Source: Utricularia gibba (taxonomy: Eukaryota; Plantae; Magnoliophyta). From it: DNA of 64,000 nucleotides. The notes beneath the pieces are model-generated. The model was not told the DNA's origin. It worked only from the letters and a program-made list of their open reading frames with translations, and searched no databases. The translations under genes were made by a program, and so were the position numbers. This document shows, piece after piece, positions 1-7,538 of this stretch (positions are counted from its first letter, which is position 1; the number at the start of each line of letters is the position of its first letter). The stretch covers positions 124,001 to 188,000 of the forward strand of contig NEEC01000042.1 of the NCBI GenBank assembly GCA_002189035.1, written 5' to 3'.

Positions 1-869
1 TGAGGAGGTGGTCTTGGGGGCAAGAGGAACCAGACAACGGTCATATTAGGCTTGGGCCGAAAGTAAGTTGTAGCCCGGCAAAGAAAGTGATGTATTTATT
101 AACGTTCGGTTTTCAGGGTTGCCTACATGGTTTTCCAAGGAAAAGCTTTTCGTTTTGTGGCGGCCGCTCTCGCTGGGCACTTGGTCCGGGCCCCTGATTC
201 TTTATGGCTCATGAGGACAAAAGGATGCAAATCGATGAAAATAATGATGCATTTGTTTAAATTACGATGTCGCGTGCACCCCAAATGATTTTTTTAACAA
301 CATACTTTATACATGAGGAGGCGGTCTTGGGGGCACTTGGAACCGGAAAAAGATCAGCTTAGGCTTGGGCCGAAAGTAAGTTGTAGCCCGGCAAAGAAAG
401 TGATGTATTTATTATCGTTCGGTTTTTGGGGTTGCCTACATGGTTTTTCAAGGAACATCTTCTCGTTTTGTGGTGGCTAGTCTCGCTGGGAACTTGGTCC
501 TTGACCCCGATTCTGTATGGCTCATGGGGTCAACCGGATGCAAATCGAAGAAAAAAAATGATGCATTTGTTTAAATTACGATATCACGTGCACCCTACAT
601 GATTTTTTCGACAACTTACTTTATACATGGGGAGGCGGTCTTGGGGGTACCTGGAACCGGAAAATGGTCAGCGTAGGCTTGGGCCGATAGTAAGTTGTAG
701 CCCGACAAATAAAGTAATGTATTTATTATCGTTCGGTTTTCGGAAGCTGCCTAAATGCTTTTTGAAAGAACATCTTCTCGTTTTATGGCGGCCAGTCTCG
801 CTGGGAACTTGGTCCTTGACCCTGGTTCTGTATGGCTCATGGGGTGATGAAAAAAAATGATGCATTTGT

Positions 870-1625
870 TTAAATTACGGTATCACGTGCCCTGGTTATA
901 TTCATATTGTGCATTTTGGTGAGGAGAGCAGATTCACCATAAGTTTTCTCAACTTCATTACCATCTCTTAGTTCCAATCTCTTTTCTGTAGATTGCAACT
1001 CAATCATGAACTCTCTAAATGTTGGCTCTGGTGTAACAGGATATTCAGGATACAGCTGATGGAGCTTTCCTTCAATAATGTCAAGGATTTTTCTTTCTGT
1101 CTCAAGTGCACATAACTTTGGCTCGAATCTTGCAGGTAGGCTCATGATTGCCTTGCTAATCACCTTTTGATCCTCAAGTTTTTCCCCCAATCCTCGAATC
1201 TCCTTCACAAGCTTCGCAGTACGTTCATAATAGACTTGTATGGTTTCATTGTCTAACATTTTGTTCCTCTCAAAGTCCTCCAGCTTGTTTTTGCATAATA
1301 TCTCTCTGAGTTTGGCATCGCCTTCATAATGGGATTTGAGAGTATCCCATATTTCTTTTGCTGATTGACACTCTGCAATATCATCAAATAGATGTTCAGA
1401 GATGGCTTGATACAAGGCATCCATTGCTTCATCTTTTCTCTGTTGAAGATACTCAGCTTCCTCTTGCTGTTCTGATGTGGATTTGCTTGTTATTGTAATA
1501 GCCGGAATCTCCCTTTCAACAACATCCCAAATCTTTCTGACCCGAAGGTAGCTGCGCATCTTTTTGACCCAGCTTCCATACTCTGAACCATCAAATATTG
1601 GAGGTCCTCTACCAGATGCCATCAT
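870..1625 (-). CDS. gag: Ty1/copia Gag, capsid region only (251 aa from the first ATG; zinc knuckle absent; last 6-7 aa and stop encoded by satellite)
   Basis: Motifs PIFDGSEYGSWVKKMRSYL..IWDVVE, AKEIWDTLKSHYEG, MLDNETIQVYYER, GEKLEDQKVISKAIMSLPARF and ELQSTEKRL match the plant copia gag pattern (DUF4219/UBN2-type, recognised by eye). The track start at 1631 is a GTG; the first ATG is 1625. Expression is unknown. Confidence 0.88.
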   Translation of the reverse strand: MMASGRGPPIFDGSEYGSWVKKMRSYLRVRKIWDVVEREIPAITITSKSTSEQQEEAEYLQQRKDEAMDALYQAISEHLFDDIAECQSAKEIWDTLKSHYEGDAKLREILCKNKLEDFERNKMLDNETIQVYYERTAKLVKEIRGLGEKLEDQKVISKAIMSLPARFEPKLCALETERKILDIIEGKLHQLYPEYPVTPEPTFREFMIELQSTEKRLELRDGNEVEKTYGESALLTKMHNMNITRARDTVI

Positions 1626-1653
1626 AGCCACCGCTTGACAAGCTTTGGGTTGA

Positions 1654-1674
1654 TACTTGGTAATCTACCAAGTA
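1654..1674 (-). other. Perfect 9-bp stem / 3-nt loop inverted repeat in the copia leader
   Basis: TACTTGGTA-ATC-TACCAAGTA, between PBS and gag ATG; present in all six copies. Confidence 0.8.
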
Positions 1675-1731
1675 AAAAACGCTGAACGGTATATAAAATA
1701 CTGAAACGAACACAGGTTTGAGAACCTTACT

Positions 1732-1743
1732 GCTCTGATACCA
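1732..1743 (-). promoter_or_regulatory. Primer-binding site (tRNA-iMet), copy 1
   Basis: Minus strand TGGTATCAGAGC directly after the LTR 3' end (..CAACA); complementary to the 3' end of plant initiator tRNA-Met. Confidence 0.95.
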
Positions 1744-2068
1744 TGTTGTTGCAAGAAAAATAGAGTCTTGGGAAGTAACAAAAAGGTAATGCTTATGAGA
1801 TCACCTTGGATGAAAAACGACTCATGAACAATAAGAATGACCGAAAACCTAATTGACACGCATTTCTAGTAGGGCTTATATATACCAAATACCTAGGTTA
1901 CCCAACAGTGGGCCACAATCATTGAAAACACACAAAAAGCCCAACAACTCGAATCCAACACTTCCATGCTCGAACCCAACACCTTTTTTTATCTGAAATA
2001 TGACATTATGACACAAGTTTAGTTCTTCCAATCACCTTCAAGCTTTGGATTGAGGCTGATCTCCAACA
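1744..2068 (-). repeat. 5' LTR, 325 bp, copy 1
   Basis: Ends are TGTTG..CAACA (5-bp terminal inverted repeat); it abuts the PBS on one side and satellite on the other. Confidence 0.9.
1876..1884 (-). promoter_or_regulatory. Candidate LTR TATA box (same offset in all six LTRs)
   Basis: Minus strand TATATATAA in mid-LTR, facing the PBS and gag. Position fits the U3/R boundary; motif match only. Confidence 0.6.
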
Positions 2069-4633
2069 CTTGGTCCGAGCCCCTGATTCTTTATGGCTCA
2101 TGAGGACAAAAGGATGCAAATCGATGAATACAATGATGCAATTGTTTAAATTACGATATCACGTGCACCCTACATGATTTTTTCAACAACTTACTTTATA
2201 CTTGAGGAGGTGGTCTTGGGGGGCAAGAGGAACCGGACAAAGGTCAGCTTATGCTTGGGTCGAAAGAAGTTGTAGCCTGACAAAGAAAGTGATCTATTTA
2301 TTAACGTTCGGTTTTCGGGGCTACCTACATGGTTTTTCAAGGAACCGCTTCTCGTTTTGTGGCGGCCAGTCTCGCTGGGAACTTGGTCCTTTACCCCGAT
2401 TCTGTATGGCTCATGAGGTCAACCGAATGCAAATCGATTAAAAAAAATGATGCATTTGTTTAAATTGCGATATGACGTGCACCCCACATGATTTTTTCAA
2501 CAACTTACTTTATACTTGGGGAGGCGGTCTTGGGGTGCACTGGAACGGGACAAAGGTAAGGTTTGGCTTGCGCCGAGAGTTAGTTGTAGCCGACAAATAA
2601 AGTGATAAATTTGATATCGTTCGGTTTTCGGGGGCTACCTACATGGTTTTTCAAGGAACCGCTTCTCGTTTTGTGGCGGCCAGTCTCGCTGGGAACTTGG
2701 TCCTTGACCCCGATTCTGTATGGCTCATGAGGTCAACCGGATGCAAATCGATTAAAAAAAATGATGCATTTGTTTAAATTGCGATATCACGTGCACCCCA
2801 CATGATTTTTTCAACAACTTACTTTATACTTGAGGAGGCGTCTTGGGGTGCACCTGGAACGGGACAAAGGTCAGCTTAGGCTTGGGCAGAAAGTAAGTTG
2901 TAGCCCGCCAAAGAAAGTGATGTATTTATTATCGTTTGGTTTTCGGGGGCTGCCTACATGGTTTTTCAAGGAACCGCTTCTCGTTTTGTGGCGGCCAGTC
3001 TCGCTGGGAACTTGGTCCTTGACCCCGATTCTGTATGGCTCATGAGGTCAACCGGATGCAAATCGATTAAAAAAATGATGCATTTGTTTAAATTGCGATA
3101 TCACGTGCACCCCACATGATTTTTTCAACAACTTACTTTATACTTGAGGAGGCGATCTTAGGGTGCACCTCGAACAGGACAAAGGTAAGGTTTGGCTTGC
3201 GCCGAGAGTTAGTTGTAGCCCGGCAAATAAAGTGATGTATTTATTATCGTTCGGTTTTCGGGGGCTGCCTACATGGTTTTTCAAGGAACCGCTTCTCGTT
3301 TTGTGGCGGCCAGTCTCGCTGGGAACTTGGTCCTTGACCCCGATTCTGTATGGCTCATGGGGTCAACCGGATGCAAATCGAAGAAAAAAAATGATGCATT
3401 TGTTTAAATTACGATATCACGTGCACCCTACATGATTTTTTCGACAACTTACTTTATACATGGGGAGGCGGTCTTGGGGGGTACCTGGAAGCGGAAAATG
3501 GTCAGCTTAGGCTTGGGCCGATAGTAAGTTGTAGCCCGGCAAAGAAAGTGATGTATTTATTATCGTTCGGTTTTCGGGGGTGCCTACATGGTTTTTCAAG
3601 GAACATCTTCTTTTTTGTGGGGCGTCTCGCTGGGAACTTGGTCCTGGCCCTGATTCTTATGGCTTATGAGGTCAACCGGATGCAAATCGATGAAACAATG
3701 ATGCATTTGTTTAAATTACGATATCACGTGCACCCACATGATTTTTTCAACAACTTACTTTATACTTGAGGAGGTGGTCTTGGGGGGCAAGAGGAACCAG
3801 ACAACGGTCATATTAGGCTTGGGCCGAAAGTAAGTTGTAGCCCGGCAAAGAAAGTGATGTATTTATTAACGTTCGGTTTTCAGGGTTGCCTACATGGTTT
3901 TCCAAGGAAAAGCTTTTCGTTTTGTGGCGGCCGCTCTCGCTGGGCACTTGGTCCGGGCCCCTAATTCTTTATGGCTCATGAGGACAAAAGGATGCAAATC
4001 GATGAAAATAATGATGCATTTGTTTAAATTACGATGTCGCGTGCACCCCAAATGATTTTTTTAACAACATACTTTATACATGAGGAGGCGGTCTTGGGGG
4101 CACTTGGAACCGGAAAAAGATCAGCTTAGGCTTGGGCCGAAAGTAAGTTGTAGCCCGGCAAAGAAAGTGATGTATTTATTATCGTTCGGTTTTTGGGGTT
4201 GCCTACATGGTTTTTCAAGGAACATCTTCTCGTTTTGTGGTGGCTAGTCTCGCTGGGAACTTGGTCCTTGACCCGATTCTGTATGGCTCATGGGGTCAAC
4301 CGGATGCAAATCGAAGAAAAAAAATGATGCATTTGTTTAAATTACGATATCACGTGCACCCTACATGATTTTTTCGACAACTTACTTTATACATGGGGAG
4401 GCGGTCTTGGGGGTACCTGGAACCGGAAAATGGTCAGCGTAGGCTTGGGCCGATAGTAAGTTGTAGCCCGACAAATAAAGTAATGTATTTATTATCGTTC
4501 GGTTTCGGAAGCTGCCTAAATGCTTTTTGAAAGAACATCTTCTCGTTTTATGGCGGCCAGTCTCGCTGGGAACTTGGTCCTTGACCCTGGTTCTGTATGG
4601 CTCATGGGGTGATGAAAAAAATGATGCATTTGT

Positions 4634-5388
4634 TTAAATTACGGTATCACGTGCCCTGGTTATATTCATATTGTGCATTTTGGTGAGGAGAGCAGATTCA
4701 CCATAAGTTTTCTCAACTTCATTACCATCTCTTAGTTCCAATCTCTTTTCTGTAGATTGCAACTCAATCATGAACTCTCTAAATGTTGGCTCTGGTGTAA
4801 CAGGATATTCAGGATACAGCTGATGGAGCTTTCCTTCAATAATGTCAAGGATTTTTCTTTCTGTCTCAAGTGCACATAACTTTGGCTCGAATCTTGCAGG
4901 TAGGCTCATGATTGCCTTGCTAATCACCTTTTGATCCTCAAGTTTTTCCCCCAATCCTCGAATCTCCTTCACAAGCTTCGCAGTACGTTCATAATAGACT
5001 TGTATGGTTTCATTGTCTAACATTTTGTTCCTCTCAAAGTCCTCCAGCTTGTTTTTGCATAATATCTCTCTGAGTTTGGCATCGCCTTCATAATGGGATT
5101 TGAGAGTATCCCATATTTCTTTGCTGATTGACACTCTGCAATATCATCAAATAGATGTTCAGAGATGGCTTGATACAAGGCATCCATTGCTTCATCTTTT
5201 CTCTGTTGAAGATACTCAGCTTCCTCTTGCTGTTCTGATGTGGATTTGCTTGTTATTGTAATAGCCGGAATCTCCCTTTCAACAACATCCCAAATCTTTC
5301 TGACCCGAAGGTAGCTGCGCATCTTTTTGACCCAGCTTCCATACTCTGAACCATCAAATATTGGAGGTCCTCTACCAGATGCCATCAT
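4634..5388 (-). pseudogene. gag: gag copy 2, -1 frameshift in a T run (may be a sequencing error)
   Basis: ATTTCTTTGCTG here versus ATTTCTTTTGCTG in the other copies; the track shows two overlapping partial ORFs (4634..5134 and 5017..5394). Confidence 0.75.
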
Positions 5389-5831
5389 AGCCACCGCTTG
5401 ACAAGCTTTGGGTTGATACTTGGTAATCTACCAAGTAAAAAACGCTGAACGGTATATAAAATACTGAAACGAACACAGGTTTGAGAACCTTACTGCTCTG
5501 ATACCATGTTGTTGCAAGAAAAATAGAGTCTTGGGAAGTAACAAAAAGGTAATGCTTATGAGATCACCTTGGATGAAAAACGACTCATGAACAATAAGAA
5601 TGACCGAAAACCTAATTGACACGCATTTCTAGTAGGGCTTATATATACCAAATACCTAGGTTACCCAACAGTGGGCCACAATCATTGAAAACACACAAAA
5701 AGCCCAACAACTCGAATCCAACACTTCCATGCTCGAACCCAACACCTTTTTTTATCTGAAATATGACATTATGACACAAGTTTAGTTCTTCCAATCACCT
5801 TCAAGCTTTGGATTGAGGCTGATCTCCAACA
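4655..5831 (-). mobile_element. Truncated copia fragment, copy 2 (1177 bp)
   Basis: Same junctions as copy 1; LTR 5507-5831, PBS 5495-5506; one T missing at 5120-5122. Confidence 0.96.
5495..5831 (-). repeat. PBS (5495-5506) and 5' LTR (5507-5831), copy 2
   Basis: GCTCTGATACCA followed by TGTTG..CAACA, 325 bp. Confidence 0.9.
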
Positions 5832-7538
5832 CTTGGTCCGGGCCCCTGATTCTTTATGGCTCATGAGGACAAAAGGATGCAAATCGATGAATACAATGAT
5901 GCAATTGTTTAAATTACGATATCACGTGCACCCTACATGATTTTTTCAACAACTTACTTTATACTTGAGGAGGTGGTCTTGGGGGGCAAGAGGAACCGGA
6001 CAAAGGTCAGCTTATGCTTGGGTCGAAAGAAAGTTGTAGCCTGACAAAGAAAGTGATCTATTTATTAACGTTCGGTTTTCGGGGCTACCTACATGGTTTT
6101 TCAAGGAACCGCTTCTCGTTTTGTGGCGGCCAGTCTCGCTGGGAACTTGGTCCTTTACCCCGATTCTGTATGGCTCATGAGGTCAACCGAATGCAAATCG
6201 ATTAAAAAAAATGATGCATTTGTTTAAATTGCGATATGACGTGCACCCCACATGATTTTTTTCAACACTTACTTTATACTTGGGGAGGTGGTCTTGGGGT
6301 GCACCTGGAACGGGACAAAGGTAAGGTTTGGCTAGCGCCGAGAGTTAGTTGTAGCCCGACAAATAAAGTGATAAATTTGATATCGTTCGGTTTTCAGGGG
6401 CTACCTACATGGTTTTTCAAGGAACCGCTTCTCGTTTTGTGGCGGCCAGTCTCGCTGGGAACTTGGTCTTTGACCCCGATTCTGTATGGCTCATGAGGTC
6501 AACCGGATGCAAATCGATTAAAAAAAATGATGCATTTGTTTAAATTGCGGTATGACGTGCACCCCACATGATTTTTTTCAACAACTTACTTTATACTTCA
6601 GGAGGCGGTCTTGGGGTGCACCTGGAACGGGACAAAGGTCAGCTTAGGCTTGGGCAGAAAGTAAGTTGTAGCCCGCCAAAGAAAGTGATGTATTTATTAT
6701 CGTTTGGTTTTCGGGGTTGCCTACATGGTTTTTCAAGGAACATCTTCTCGTTTTGTGGCGGCCAGTCTCGCTGGGAGCTTTGTCCTGGACCCCGATTCTG
6801 TATGGCTCATGGGGTCAAAAGGATGCAAATCGATGAATAAATGATGCATTTGTTTCAATTACGATATCACGTGCACCCCACATGATTTTTTCGACAACTT
6901 ACTTTATACATGGGGAGGCGGTCTTGGGGGGTACCTGGAACCGGAAAATGGTCAGCTTAGGCTTGGGCCGATAGTAAGTTGTAGCCCGGCAAAGAAAGTG
7001 ATGTATTTATTATCGTTCGGTTTTCGGGGGCTTCCTACATGGTTTTTCAAGGAACATCTTCTCGTTTTGTGGCAGCCAGTCTCGCTGGGAGCTTTGTCCT
7101 GGACCCCGATTCTGTATGGCTCATGGGGTCAAAAGGATGCAAATCGATGAATACAATGATGCATTTGTTTCAATTACGATATCACGTGCACCCCACATGA
7201 TTTTTTCGACAACTTACTTTATACATGGGGAGGCGGTCTTGGGGGTACCTGGAACCGGAAAATGGTCAGCTTAGGCTTGGGCCGATAGTAAGTTGTAGCC
7301 CGGCAAGAAAGTGATGTATTTATTAACGTTCGGTTTTCGGGGTTGCCTACATGGTTTTTCAAGGAACATCTTCCCGTTTTGTGGTGGCTAGTCTCGCTGG
7401 GAACTTTGTCCTGGACCTCGATTCTTTATGTCTTATGAGGTCAACCGGATGCAAATCGATGAAAAAAATTGATGCATTTGTTTAAATTACGATATCACGT
7501 GCACCCTACATGATTTTTTCAACAACTTACTTTATACT

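Larger units (their letters stand above)
891..2068 (-). mobile_element. Truncated Ty1/copia LTR retrotransposon, copy 1 (5' LTR + PBS + leader + 3'-truncated gag; 1178 bp)
   Basis: Non-satellite sequence between TATCACGTGC (ends 890) and CTTGGTCCGAGCCCC (starts 2069). Contains a TG..CA LTR, the PBS TGGTATCAGAGC and a copia-type gag ORF. No pol, PPT or second LTR. Confidence 0.96.
1..6720. repeat. Left-domain HOR: block A-B-[C+copia]-J-K-K present twice with a period of ~3764 bp (12 monomer lengths)
   Basis: Type-A starts at 1 and 3767; element starts at 891 and 4655; J monomers at 2203 and 5966. The same private variants occur in the same order. Confidence 0.9.

Noticed and set aside
224-236. 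5S rDNA array (unit size plausible; GGATGC resembles the start of plant 5S)
   Set aside because: The match stops after 6 bases, and no 120-bp 5S gene or internal A/C boxes are recognisable.
1690-1697. Plus-strand TATATAAA in the leader as an antisense promoter
   Set aside because: Motif only, in an AT-rich stretch, with no other support.
1665-1859. 64-aa ORF MSIRFSVIL.. repeated with each element
   Set aside because: It has a non-ATG start, lies across LTR, PBS and leader, and resembles nothing I recognise. It recurs only because the element is duplicated.
891-2068. TRIM, solo LTR or six independent insertions
   Set aside because: Only one LTR, no PPT, internal gag present, no TSD, and junctions identical in all copies.
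1744-2068. Satellite derived from the LTR (325 bp is close to 314 bp)
   Set aside because: I could find no sequence similarity between LTR and monomer, so the similar length is treated as coincidence.
6911-6940. G-quadruplex from GGGGAGGCGGTCTTGGGGGG
   Set aside because: Only two G3+ tracts lie close together; the others are more than 30 nt away. At best a weak two-tetrad fold.
7016-7028. CENP-B-box-like TTCG..CGGG
   Set aside because: Spacing is 5 nt rather than 7, the required A is absent, and the motif is not established for plants.
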